Source: the human T2T-CHM13v2.0 reference genome, Homo sapiens. From it: 64,000 nucleotides of DNA. Shown piece after piece: positions 41,800-54,815 of the stretch. Each line of letters starts with the position of its first letter. Within the stretch, counting starts at the first letter, position 1. The position numbers and the translations under genes are program-made. The notes under the pieces were generated by a model that did no database searches, was not told where the DNA came from, and saw only the letters and a list, made by a program, of their open reading frames with translations. The DNA is taken from assembly GCF_009914755.1 (NCBI RefSeq), contig NC_060933.1. One strand, given 5' to 3'.

Positions 41800-43510
41800 T
41801 TAAAATCTATCTCTAAAACTAGAGTTAGCCCAGGCAACATCATGGGTATATATATCTAACTTTCAAAGGACAGATCATTGCTATATTGTATAATTGTTTC
41901 CAAAGCATAGAAAAAGATGGAAAACTTCCCAGCTCAATCCAAAAATCTAGTATAATAATCTTTATTTTAAAATATAAAGCCATTTATGCAAACGTGTAGA
42001 GAAAGATTTGGAGGAATCTTTCTCTGAGGCCAATCTCATTTGGTACATGAATAAAAAAATCTTTGGTGTAAGAAAATCTAATCCAGCATTGCATGAAAAC
42101 AACAACCAAATAGGCTTTTCATAGAGGTGTAAGGATAGTTCAACATCAGGGACTCCATTACTATAATTCTACAAAATTAATAGATTAAAGGAGAAAAATT
42201 GTTCGGTGATCTAAAAGATGGCAAAATTATTTAAGAAAAAGATAAATTTTCAAAGTTTCAAGAAGAAAAGACACATAATTAAAACTATTATAATGCAAGC
42301 TTACACAATTAGATTAATTAAATAGAATAGAGAGCTTCAGAGATAGAATCATGTGTCATTGAAATTTAATATACAAAATGCTATACTCAACAACCATAGA
42401 AAGGACTAAATTAATTTTTATAACCATGTTGAAATAATTTGCTATCAATTTGGGAAAAAAAGTTAAACTTATAATTCCTATCATATCCCCAAATAAACTC
42501 CAGATTACTAAAAAAATTCCTTAATATACAAAACAAAACAATAAAAATATTAGAAAAGCACACTGGAAAACATAGAAGTCACAAAAAAAGAACAAAAAAT
42601 GAAAATTTAAACTTTTATGACAAGTGGTATCATTAATAAATTAAAACACATGTAATAAGTTGAAAAAATATTTGCAACATATATAAGGGACAAAAAATAA
42701 AGACTCAAAAACTGTAAAGAGATTTTAACAAATCAGTAAGAAGCAGACAAAGCATCCAACAGAAAACAGGTGAAGGATATGAACAGGCAATTCACAGAAG
42801 AAGAAACGCAAGGATATATAGAAAGTATGTGTAAAATTTTGTTTCACTTCACTATTAACCAGTGAGTTATTTTCTCTCATCAAATGAGCCAAAATTAAAT
42901 TTTGAGAATGTGCATTGTTGTGATGGTGTGGGAGAAAAGGCATTTCATGTTTCGTTGATGGGAGTGCAATTTGGAAAACCTAAACTCTGCCTTTGGGAGA
43001 TAATTTGGCAATATTTATCTAATTACATGTAATAAATATTTGCTTGATCAATTACATTCTTAGAAATCTCTCCTTCAAAAATACTCTCACATAATTACAC
43101 AAATCTTAAACAACCTAACTGTGCATCTATTAGTTGAAACATCTTTAATAACCTTAATAGTATATCTATTTTATGGAATAATATGCAACAATTAAGAATA
43201 ATCAAATATGTTGTATTTACTACTCTTAAATGATCTGTAAAGCATGTTCTTGAGTTAACCAGCAAAATAAGGCAAGTTGCAGAACACAAGTACAGTATGA
43301 TTACTTTTGTGGGAAAAAAACACCTAAATACTTATATAAACACATGAAAAAAGATGTAGAAAGATGCATTCCAAATGTTTCTCCAAGGAGGGGGAAGCTG
43401 GATGAGAAAGGATGAAGGAAACATTTGCTTTTTATTCTGCCTAGTTTAGTTTGTTTATTTGAAGAATATATATTTGGATTACTGGTATAACTTTTAAGTT
43501 CTTGAACATG
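41800..43510 (+). mobile_element. Ancient L1M ORF2/3'UTR fragments
   Basis: catagaaaaagatggaaaacttcccagctca, aggatagttcaacatcagg, atatttgcaacatatata, aaggatatgaacaggcaattcacagaaga. Confidence 0.8.
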
Positions 43511-43550
43511 CAGGGGAATATAAAGCAGAACAAGTATATACGAACATTAA

Positions 43551-43859
<309 letters not shown>

Positions 43860-44384
43860 ACAGCCACTTTTTGACATGTCACATATCTCATTGGCAGAGT
43901 TAGGATATTGGAACACAGTAACTGGTGAACAGAAAACAATCATCCCATTCTCGCCTCTGGTTCCTTGTAACTGGCACCAATCACATTTGTAGACTTCTTT
44001 AGAGTTTACTTTATAAAATATTTCAATAATAATAACGCTTTGTATCTGTAAAATACAAAGCAATTTCTTATTTATTTTTGTCTTTGATCAGGAAAATTGA
44101 GCAAATATTATTATACACACAGTTTTCTAGGGAAGGAGATAAGACTCAGTGGAATGTCTAAAATTGCAGAGCAAGTATAGTCTTCATCCTTGCCTCTTGT
44201 TCCTACTTCCATTGCTTTCATACAACACCAGAGTGAAGTTCCTTGAATCAAAATACTGTAGTTAATAGACTTATATATTCTATGAGTTGAACTTATATCT
44301 GACAGCAGGAATATGGTTATTGATGAACAACAACATTCCTATTGGACATTTCTACACGTAACATTGTCCCAAAGTCTGAAATTA

Positions 44385-44590
44385 GCAACAAAATGCCTGT
44401 TCACATCCTCTATTGATATTCTATTGGTTTATTTGCCTGTTTTTTATTGATTTGTAATATCTCTGTATATTTTTTAGAACTTTATCCTTCGTCCTTTAGA
44501 TATGTTGCAAATCGTTTTCTAATCTGTTACATGTATTTTAATTTGAACTCATTTGTAATAAAACGTTTAATTTTTATTGTTCTTGTTCTT
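44385..44590 (-). mobile_element. L1M ORF2 fragment
   Basis: tgcctgttcacatcct..atatgttgcaaat reverse L1. Confidence 0.65.
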
Positions 44591-45490
44591 TTTTTATATA
44601 ACATATAAAATGTTTTCCAATATACTTTTCTTATTCTCTGGCAAAGCTAAGAACTCACATGACTTGCCCAATATCACATGGCTAATTAAGAGCAGAATCG
44701 AGCTTAGAACCTAGTTCTCCTGAACCCAGGGCCAGTAATCCCTCCACCACAGTATGTCTTACCTTCTTACCACAATCCTGCCACACAGTTCATCTTTATT
44801 TTTTGTATTTGAGGTATTGTGCGTACAGAATATGTGACCAGAGATGGATGAAATTTGAAGTTTAAGTTTCTTGGCACTTCCTCTTAAAAGCATTCAAAAT
44901 ATAAGAGATTATGATAAACTTTAGCCCCATGGCATAGGTACAGAGCCCAGGCTTAAAGGGATCCTAGGCCTGAAAAAGGCTTGGAGAAAATTCATTCTGG
45001 TGGATTTATCTTTTACATGAAGGAATAGAAGCCTAAGGAGGTAAAGAGATGTTTTTTCCATGTTCACTGCCAAAGTGTCGTAGATAGATGCAAAATGCTG
45101 TTCTCCTCCCATTTTCCTGTTCTGTCTCATAGATTAGATTTCACCAAGCAAAGGAATTCCGGGACAAGCTAAGAGAGGAGAGGATACTCTCTTAAAAATC
45201 TGGAAGAAGGGAAAAATCCAAATTTGAAAAACTACAAAAGAAGGATAAAAAAGCAGAACTATTGAGATGAAATTGGTCACAATCTCTATTTTATAATTGG
45301 AGATTAGTTCATTTATTTGAGTTTGAATCTGTCATCTAATACTTTTCTTTTTTCTACCTATTTTATGTTTATTTTTCATTACTTTCTGGCTTTCTTTTTA
45401 ATTAATTAACATTTTATTATTTTATTTTCCCCCTTATTAATAAGCTTTGTTAGTTTACCCTTTTTAAAGTGGTTAAAAGATTACACTATG

Positions 45491-45923
45491 TGTCCAACAA
45501 TGATAGACTGGATTAAGAAAATGTGGCACATATACACCATGGAATACTATGCAGCCATAAAAAATGATGAGTTCATGTCCTTTGTAGGGACATGGATGAA
45601 ATTGGAAATCATCATTCTCAGTAAACTATCACAAGGACAAAAAACCAAACAACCCATGTTCTCACTCATGGATGGGAATTGAACAATGAGAACACATGGA
45701 CACAGGAAGGGGAACATCACACTCTGGGGACTGTTGTCGGGTGGGGGGAGCGGGGAGGGATAGCATTAGGAGATATACCTAATGCTAAATGACGAGTTAA
45801 TGGGTGCAGCACAGCAGCATGGCACATGTATACATATCTAACTACCCTGCACATTGTGCACATGTACCCTAAAACTTAAAGTACAGTAATAATTTAAAAA
45901 AAAAGAAAATACAAAAAAAAAAA
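45491..45923 (+). mobile_element. L1PA3-like 3' end (ORF2 C-terminus, 3'UTR, poly A)
   Basis: CPTMIDWIKKMWHIYTMEYYAAIKNDEFMSFVGTWMKLEIIILSKLSQ. Variants attggaaatc, cagtaaact, cactctgggg, cagcatgg, aacta. Confidence 0.93.
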
Positions 45924-46335
45924 AAGAAAATGTGGCACATATACACCATGGAATACTATGCAGTCATAAAAAAATGATGAGTTCATGTCCTTTGTAGGGA
46001 CATGGATGAAGCTGGAAACCATCATTCTCAGCAAACTATCGCAAGGACAAAAAATCAAACACCGCATGTTCTCACTCATAGGTGGGAATTGAACAATGAG
46101 AACACATGGACACAGGAAGGGGAACATCACACACCGGGGACTGTTGTGGGTTGGGGGGAGTGGGGAGGGATAGCATTAGGAGATATACCTAATGTTAAAT
46201 GATGAGTTAATGGGTGCAGCACACCAACATGGCACATGTATACATATGTAACAAACCTGCACATTGTGCATATGTACCCTGAAACTTAAAGTATAATAAA
46301 AAATAAAAAATATATAAAAATAAATTTAAAAAAAA
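45924..46335 (+). mobile_element. L1PA4-like 3' end, in tandem
   Basis: Begins aagaaaatgtggcacatatacacc. Older variants gctggaaacc, cagcaaact, cacaccgggg, caacatgg, aacaaacc. Confidence 0.93.
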
Positions 46336-46468
46336 GAGAAACCTCTGATTGCAACAATGAGCATTTTTAACAAAAAAAAAAAGATCACACTATGTGTAAT
46401 CTAGTATAAATTAGGAATCTAGTATAAATTAGTATTTTCTCCCATTCCAAACAATGGGTCTTTCAACA

Positions 46469-46759
46469 TTTTTTTTTTTTTTTTAGGAAAAAACAGGGTC
46501 TCACTGTATCAGTGCAGTGGCATGATCAGGGCTCACTATAGCCTCAACCTCCTGGGATCAAACAATACTCCCGCCTCAGCCTCCCAAGTACACAGGACCA
46601 CAGGTGTGCACCATCATGCCTGGATGATTTTTGTACGTTTTGTAGAAATGGGATTTTGCCATGTTGTCCAGACAGGTCTTGAACTCTTGAGCTGAAGAGA
46701 TCTGCCTACCCTGGCCCCCAAAGTGCTGGGATTATAGGCATGAGCCACCACGCCCGGCC
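46469..46759 (-). mobile_element. Alu (AluJ-like)
   Basis: Poly(T), reverse dimer ending cacgcccggcc. Confidence 0.92.
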
Positions 46760-47139
46760 TAAACAGATGCTTTATGCTTGGCGTCTCAGCATTTCTCCCC
46801 ATCCCCCTTATATATAAGTGCATATATCAAGGAGAAAAAGTTGCCTAGAATACCAGGTTTATCTCAATTTTTCCTTTTTTTTTTTTTTTTTAACAGTATC
46901 TTAAACCCACAAATACTGGCTGTCTTGGTAGAACTTTGTGGTTTAAAACAGTTTTTTATTCCCAATTACAAATATCTTCTTTAGTTATTATCACTGCAAA
47001 GTTGATCTACTTTCCAAGTCTGATCAACTGAGATGTTCAATCATTATCAGAAGCAGAACTTCTGTTGAAGAAGCTAATGTTAGAGAAAAACACTATTGAT
47101 GTTTTGTACATGCCCCCAATACAAATTTCTTTATAGCTT

Positions 47140-47325
47140 TATTTTTAAAACACATTTTCATGAAGCTACTTATGGTATGATTACATTGAACACAGACACA
47201 AGTGAGTCTATGTATAAGGAGTGAAATCTGAAAAAGCTCTGTGGATTGTACCAATGGAATCGACTGGTTTTGGCATTGTACTATAGTTATGCAAGGTGTC
47301 AACACTGGAGAAGGCAGAGTGAATT
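47140..47325 (+). mobile_element. L1M 3'UTR fragment
   Basis: gtgaaatctgaa..gtggattgtaccaat..ctggttttggcattgtactatagttatgcaaggtgtcaacactgg. Confidence 0.6.
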
Positions 47326-47770
47326 GTCCTTTATCCAAGTTACAAAGCCAATGAAGTAGATAATTTATATAATTCTTTGCTAGATTCTTTTTTGCTTGAT
47401 AACAATAGAAAATGTTTGCTTTTTTAATAAAATTGGAGTATTACAGAAATTGAAACATAGGAAATTAGACTTACTCAAGTACCATAATCCAGAGGAAATT
47501 GCTGTTAACAATATGACGCAGCTTTATCCGACTTTTTGAGGATAGTTGTGGTTTATGGAATAATTTTAAAAGTAACATTTCCTGATTCTTTTTTTGTGTC
47601 TTTTTAATAATGTGGGGTTTTTTTAAGTTTCTTTACAATAGCCTCAGGATGTATTTTAAGTTTTGAATTCCCAGAGCACATGACTCTGTTTTACTCATTT
47701 TCATTCTAACATTTTTAAATCCCCATGTACTCAGATTCTTCCATATTTGTTAGTTATCTTTTAACAATCT

Positions 47771-48077
47771 ATTATTATTATTGTTGTTGTTATTATTTTT
47801 GAGACAGAGTCTCACTTGTTGCCCAGGCTGGAGTACAGTGGCGCGATCTCAGCTCATTGCAAACTCCGCGTCCCGGTTTCATGCAATTCTCGTGCCTCAG
47901 CCAGCCTCCTGAGTAGGTAGGATTACAGATGTGTGCCACCATGTCTGGCTAATGCTTTTATTTTTAGTAGAGATGGGGTTTCATCATGGCTGGTCTCAAA
48001 CTCCTGACATCAAGTGATCCACCTGCCTCGGCCTCCCCAACTGCTGGAATTACAGGTGTAAGCCACAGCACCCAGTC
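47771..48077 (-). mobile_element. Alu (AluS-like)
   Basis: (TTA/TTG)n tail, reverse dimer. Confidence 0.93.
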
Positions 48078-48859
48078 ACAATAATTTATTCTTAAGATGG
48101 TTTTCATCTACTATGTTCAGAGGTTTAATGCTGTCACTTGTTTTTCAGTTAGCACAATTAAATGTATATCATGTTATGTTTTTAATGTTCCTAGTTCTTG
48201 TATGTATTCATGTCTGCTCTTATATTGTGGCCAACAAATAGCCTATGGAAAACACATGGGAAAGTTTGTGTCTCTCTGTGCATTCCTTGGCAACTTCCAG
48301 TGAATATATAGTTATTTCAACATTGAAAAAAATACATCTTCCAAAAATTATCAAAAGAAACAGCATCTTTCAGAACTGTCACAGTTTTAGTCAAAATGTA
48401 CCCTTCGAAACATAATAGGATAACATTTTGAACAATGCATCTAGATTACATTTGCTTTAAATTTAGAGTATTCTCTGCATAGACAAAAGGAAGAAACAAT
48501 TTTCCTTTGCCATATAAATTAGTGAAATTATGCCAGGGCCGTAAGTAGACTATGGGCCCTTCAAGAAACATTTTTTAAAGACAAAGATATTGGGTGAAGT
48601 TCACTGATTTCACAGATTCGTTGTTTGCAAGCATGCAAATTCAACTGGAGTAATTTCCTTTAGCCTATTAGAGCAAAGTTACAGAGAAGCCCAGTGTAAT
48701 CTTCTGAATTTATGCTATCATCTGAGAAGGGATATTCTGTGACTATGAAAAGGTATAGTAGTTTGAGGCTATAGGGATGGGGGCAAATGGTATGATTACA
48801 CTTTCTTTTGTGAATCAATTCCAGATGTGCCATTAGATTCTTTGAATGCTGAAGGAACA

Positions 48860-49005
48860 AAATATCAGTGCTAGAGAACCCATACTGGTAATCTAGTTGA
48901 ATTTTCTCCTTTTACAGAGGAAGAAACTGAGACCTAGAAAGACAGATTGCCTGCACAAGTCATACAGTTTTCTTACAAAAACTAAAATACCACTTGAACC
49001 AGTGT
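48860..49005 (-). mobile_element. MIR fragment
   Basis: cttttacagaggaagaaactgagacctaga. Confidence 0.7.
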
Positions 49006-50289
49006 ATCATTCATATTTCAAATTAGATTAATTTGTCTTATCTTTTTAAAATGTTAATAAGATATATCAGTTCAACTTTTGTTTATTTTGGAACATTGGG
49101 GATGTTTCTTCAGTCTGACTCATCTAGAATGACAACTTTACAAACAGCCATTTCTTTTTCTTCCCTCCCAGAAGTACTAGAGTCTAGTCAGAATTTCCTC
49201 ATACAGCTTAGAAGGCATGTTTCACATTTTATGAAAAACCATGCTGGAGTCTACATTATGGTGGGATAGACAAGGATGTGAGCTGGGGGTTGTGGGGAAG
49301 AAGGAAAAGAAGACAAAACCTCAATATACAGGATTATAATTCATTTCGATTCAGATATAAATTGCCAACTGATCCTCACTCAGGCTGTGAAATATAGATT
49401 ACATCTGAAAAATTCTACTATTTCATTGTTACATCTAAAGAAGTAAATTGTTAAGTATTAATATGAAAAGCAAATATAGGAAAAACTCAATCTAAAGGCA
49501 TATTTTGCAGTTCTACTTTGCTAAAAAGCAAACTACTTCTAACTCCCAGTTTTTAATGCTGATAGTAAAAGTCTAGCTCTTTCTTTAGGTCAAACAAGGT
49601 AATGCATATAAACGAGCTATTGAACAATAAGTAGACTGTTGTGGGTTTGTTGTATTGCTGCTGTTGTTGTTAACAGCAGCTTCTCATCTTGTAACTACAA
49701 AGTAGCTGCTTTAACGCCATAGTACTTATTAACATTCTCTCATTATTGTTAATAAAATCTTCATTTCTGAACACAGCAGGGCAGAGAAAGAGAACAGCAT
49801 AAGGCAATGGCCACATCCATGCCATAGAATACACGTCAAGCATATACAATCATTTAAGCATTCAGAATGCCCAAGGAGAAATTGAATATCTGGAATTAGG
49901 TTTTAAAAAGATGTGGAAGGGGGCTGAGAGTTCATAAATTAGTATTCATCTAGAATGATCCTGTTACACTCAAAAGAAATCAACCTTTGGAGCTCACATG
50001 ACATCAAGCACAAGAGGGTTTAAAAATAATACTCAAGTCAATACACATCTACGGAATGCCAAACAGTGTTACACAAGCAGTGCCATGGTGATTAAGGGAA
50101 AATCTGTGTTTAAAGCAGAATCTCTGAAGAGCAATTACCTCCTTTTCACCAAAGGTCTTCATCTGCCCCATACCCAGGTACCTAAAGTGAAAGCAAATAC
50201 AACTGAAAGAAAGCAGTGGCTCTCAAGTTAGAGAATTTTAGCTAACAGACGAAACAGTCAAATATTTGCAGAACACAATTGAGAAAAGC

Positions 50290-50670
50290 TGTATCAGTCA
50301 GGTCAGAACAGGAAAGGTTATTCTGTGATAACAAACAGCCCACAAAAATCTCAGTGTCTTAAAACATATATTTATTTCTTGTTTAGGCAAAGTTTGCCGC
50401 CGATCAGGGAACCTCTCCAAGTCAGGTGTCCTCTGTGTTGTTTCAGCCTACCATTCAGCTTCAATCCTTCAGTCCCTCCACATCAACACATGCTCCCATG
50501 GTCATTGTAGCAAAAGAAGAGCAAGTAGAAGGGTTCAACAATGGCAATGCAATGCTATGCTCTGGCATTTAAGTGACACATGATTTTTCTACTCATGCCT
50601 CACTGGCTAGAATTAGTCACATTGCCCCACGTGACTGTGAGGGAGTAGGCAGCGAAGTATAATCCCACCA
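50290..50670 (-). mobile_element. Old MaLR LTR (MLT1J/K/L-like)
   Basis: tgtatcagtcagg..ggttattctgtgataacaaacagccc..aaatctcagtgtcttaaaac..ctggctagaattagtcacat. Confidence 0.75.
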
Positions 50671-50741
50671 CATACTGGTGAGTCTCCTTAAGCCTTTGCC
50701 AGAGAAGCTCACCTTCTGTAGAAAATAATTGAAACACTCTA

Positions 50742-51113
<372 letters not shown>

Positions 51114-52946
51114 TTAAAAAGGGCCACAACGTGAGCACACATTCCAACACAAAACATGGAGAGAGAACATCAAGGGACACACAGATGTTAAAGATGGTTA
51201 TCTAAATTACAGAAGACACTGGCAATCATTTATTCCTACAAGAGTAAGAAAAAAGAGGAGAAAAAGAAAAAGAAAAAAGAGTAAGAAAAAAAGAGTAAGA
51301 GTTCTTCTGTAATTCTTATTTTGTGATACTTGTACATCTTCAATAAATTCTACTGAAGGAACACTGCAGAATATTGTTTCTGTCATTCTCTAAATATCCT
51401 TTTTGTTGGTTTCATAAAGTCCAAATAAAAAAACTATCTAGATGTTGATCTAAATATCTTGATATTTAGATAACACCTATATTGCCAGATCCCTGGACTG
51501 GCATTATAACCAAGATGTTGGTATCCAGAAACAGCAAAACAAAGCGCATAGAAGCCCTTATAGAACGATGCCCATTTCACACCATCGAACTTAGTCCTTG
51601 AAATTTCAAAATGAATTAAACTTTAGCGGGAAATATGCCAGCACCTTTAAGCATTAGGCAAGAAAAGCTTTGTCTGATAAGTTTTCTCTCCTCCAGGGCT
51701 TACTCTGAAATAGGTGTCAATGTTATTTGCATTCTGAACACTCTGGAAACTTTTTCTTCTTGTTCCCTCCTGAGGCAACACTCCAAGAGCTTAAGGCAGG
51801 TTGAGGCTTTGATCTTTCTGTGCTCTTGTGAGTGAACAAAGAAACCAATGAACTCTTGTTTCTTAGGAAGAAATGGTGATAGAAAGTGCTCAACAGTCAG
51901 CATCCACCTAGGCGTATTCATCTGTTGCCATTTTAGGAACTAGCAAGACTACAGCTATTTACTGTTGCTACTTTTCCTGCTAATCAAAGAAACTTTTACC
52001 CAAGTTAACTTAATCAGGAGCTTGAAAGTGTAGTTTTGTAAGACAGGATTGTTAGAATCTTTAATCTAGTTAAAAGGGTTGTCAAAGCTCCTTTGAATGA
52101 AGGGTCCTCCCAAGAGAGACATAGCTAGGGAAGCATAGAAGGTTTTGGGGGGTTTGTGTGTGGCTGTGCGTGTATGTATGTATGTATGTGTTGTTTGTTT
52201 TTTGGCTTGCTTTCATAGTACAAATTTACAAGAACACTGAAAATCAGATTCTGGCAAATTAAATCAAAGGAGAGTATATGTTTTGGGAGGGGTAAGAAAT
52301 TAAAGTGTGCTTTATAAAAAAGGTTTTGGAAGGGAAAACTGGACATTTTTTTTTTTTAAAAAAAAAGAGAATTGCCTTTACTGCCCAAATTTTAAAACTT
52401 CTCTGGCAATCTAGACTAAAGTATTTATTCAAACATGTATCCTTTTACGGTCAACTTTGTTACCTCTAAGAAAAAATTAACATTAATGTTATTTTTGGAA
52501 AAGGCATTAACAGTGTTTTTAGAGAGTCTCACAGATAGCTGATGGGTTTTACTCAATGACTTATAAGTAAAAGAAACAGCAGCATAATTTATAGATCAAA
52601 TTTCCCCTTCTTTGGATCCAATGCCTAAACTCTTGACTTCATTTGATGTCTGTTAATGAAATGTAGAGAAAAACAGCAGGCAAGCAACATTCTAGTTTTC
52701 ACTGACTCTTCCATAACTGGACATTTGTTTGGGGTAGTTAAAGAAACTAGTGTTAAACAGTGACCTGTAATATTCCTCTCAACAGACAGAGACCTAGAGT
52801 ATTTTTTAATGTCTTCAGACTCTTGATAGTGGTTTTCAGTAAAAGAGGAATTGGATTATCTGTTAACATTATTCCAAACATATTTAGTGAAATATAAAAA
52901 CCAAAGGAACTACAGACCATCTCATTAAATTCTTGTTCTCCACAAG

Positions 52947-53316
52947 TGTGTTAGTTTGCGCTGCCATCACAAATTGCTATAGGTTTGGTGACTTAGACAA
53001 CAGGAATTTATTTCTCATACTTCTGGAGACCTGAAGTCCAAGGTCAAAGTGCTGGCAGGGTGGGTGGATGGTGAGGGCTCTCTCTTTGAACTACAGATGG
53101 CCACCTTCTTGTTGTACCCTCATATGGCACAGAAAGAGTGAGCTCCAGTTTGTTCTTCTTCTTTTAAGGGCATTAATCCCATTATGGGGGCCCCACCCCC
53201 ATTACTTCATCTAAACCTAATCACCTCCCAAAGGCGGCACTTCCAAGGACCATCACATTGGGGGCTGGGGTTTCAACATATGAATTTGCAGGAGACACAA
53301 ACATTCAGTCAATAAC
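52947..53316 (-). mobile_element. MaLR LTR (MLT1A-like)
   Basis: tgtgttagttt..gctgccatcacaaa..caacaggaatttatttctca..catcacattggggg..tttcaacatatgaattt..cattcagtcaataaca. Confidence 0.85.
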
Positions 53317-54604
53317 AAGAGATATTCATTGTTAATATATTTCTCTGTGATAAACAGAAGAGATCTAAGGCTCTAGGACTGCTTGATGCTCAAGTGTTGT
53401 GATTAGAGTAGTTCTCCAACACCACTTTTATGAAATTTCATACCATTTGCAAGGTTTTTAACTTTGCCAGAAATTGTTATTATATTTTGCATTTTATTGC
53501 TGGATGCTGTAAGAGACTGACCAATCAAGAGATCAATGTGAAATACGCTTGTGTCAAATGATGTTCAGATAGAGGCAGATTTTACATGTGTTGAGGATTG
53601 CAACTGTTTATTTTGTCCTTGTTGTCTGTTTGTTGCTTTCCCTTTCCATTTCCCTATACAACTTCTAATTTCAGGAAGCTAATTAATAAATTCTTATGTG
53701 ATGAGGATTTTCTGTATAAATATATGCACACTGTCACTGTAGTGTTAGTTTTTTTCATTTAAAAATTTAAAAAAGACAAACCACCTCACTAGATCTGCTG
53801 AGTCTAGAGTAGTAGAAAGTCTCTGCTCTGGTTCTGTCCTAGGCTATCTCCTTTTGTCATCTTGAGAGGCAGGATTGCCCTGTGAATGACCTTGTCCACA
53901 TCAGCATCTCATATTGGACTCATCCTTTCTTGAAATCGGAGCTATCAACTAACTGCAGAGTTCTCAGTCATCCCACTGCAGCCACTACAGCTTCCTCAAC
54001 ACTCTATTTGCTAGTTTATAAAGCCACATTATGCAGGATGCTCCAAAGTTGTCACTTCTTCCAGGCTAAAAGTGTTTTGTTAGTTCTCTCTGCAAAATGA
54101 CCCTTCCCATGCTGCTGTGAAGTAAGGAGTTTTGTAAATCTCTCAGGACTTAGGTGGGAAAAGACTACTTTCAGGCTGACGGCTTACAGGAAGACACCCC
54201 CATTACTCTGAATTCCTTTCCCCAGAGACTTTTCCTGACTGACTCCCTCTATCAGATATCTCCAGAAGCAGCTGGAACTAACCCTTCTCTACTCACTGCC
54301 TTGCTGAACATTTCCTTTTTAACTCTTTCCTGTCCAAGGATGTTAGCTCTGCACCAAATATAATGGGCCAAATTGTGAGCTAGCAAGAACCTAGCCTACA
54401 GTAAGTCTACTGTCAGCCAAGGGAGGCTCCATTGCTCTTGCTTCATACAGAAGATGTATATATCATGACCAGAACAGCATGGCATGAGTTATTCTTGTTG
54501 GTTTATAATTTCCATTTTCAAAGCTTATTCAGTTATGTTACATGCAAGATAAAAGTTTCCCAGGTCATAACAAACCAATGGATAGAAGAAGTCTTTATAG
54601 ACAT

Positions 54605-54815
54605 TTATATGTGGATTCAAATTTGAGTTCTCTCACTTACTAGGTTTGTGAATATGGCAATTATTTAATATTTTTGAGCCTCGGTTACCACATCTCTAAA
54701 TTGGGGTAACAATGTCTTCCTTCTGAAGCCTCTAGGAGGATCAGAAAGTTTATACATAATGCACTTAGCACAGACCTTGGCAATAAGCATGCCCTTAACA
54801 ATTGGCAACTATTCT
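54605..54815 (+). mobile_element. MIR
   Basis: ggattcaaatt..tctcacttactag..tgagcctcggttacccatctctaaattgggg..gcacttagcaca. Confidence 0.75.

Noticed and set aside
45488-46335. Active L1 or intact ORF2
   Set aside because: Only ~0.4-kb 3' ends are present, with no promoter, ORF1 or RT domain.
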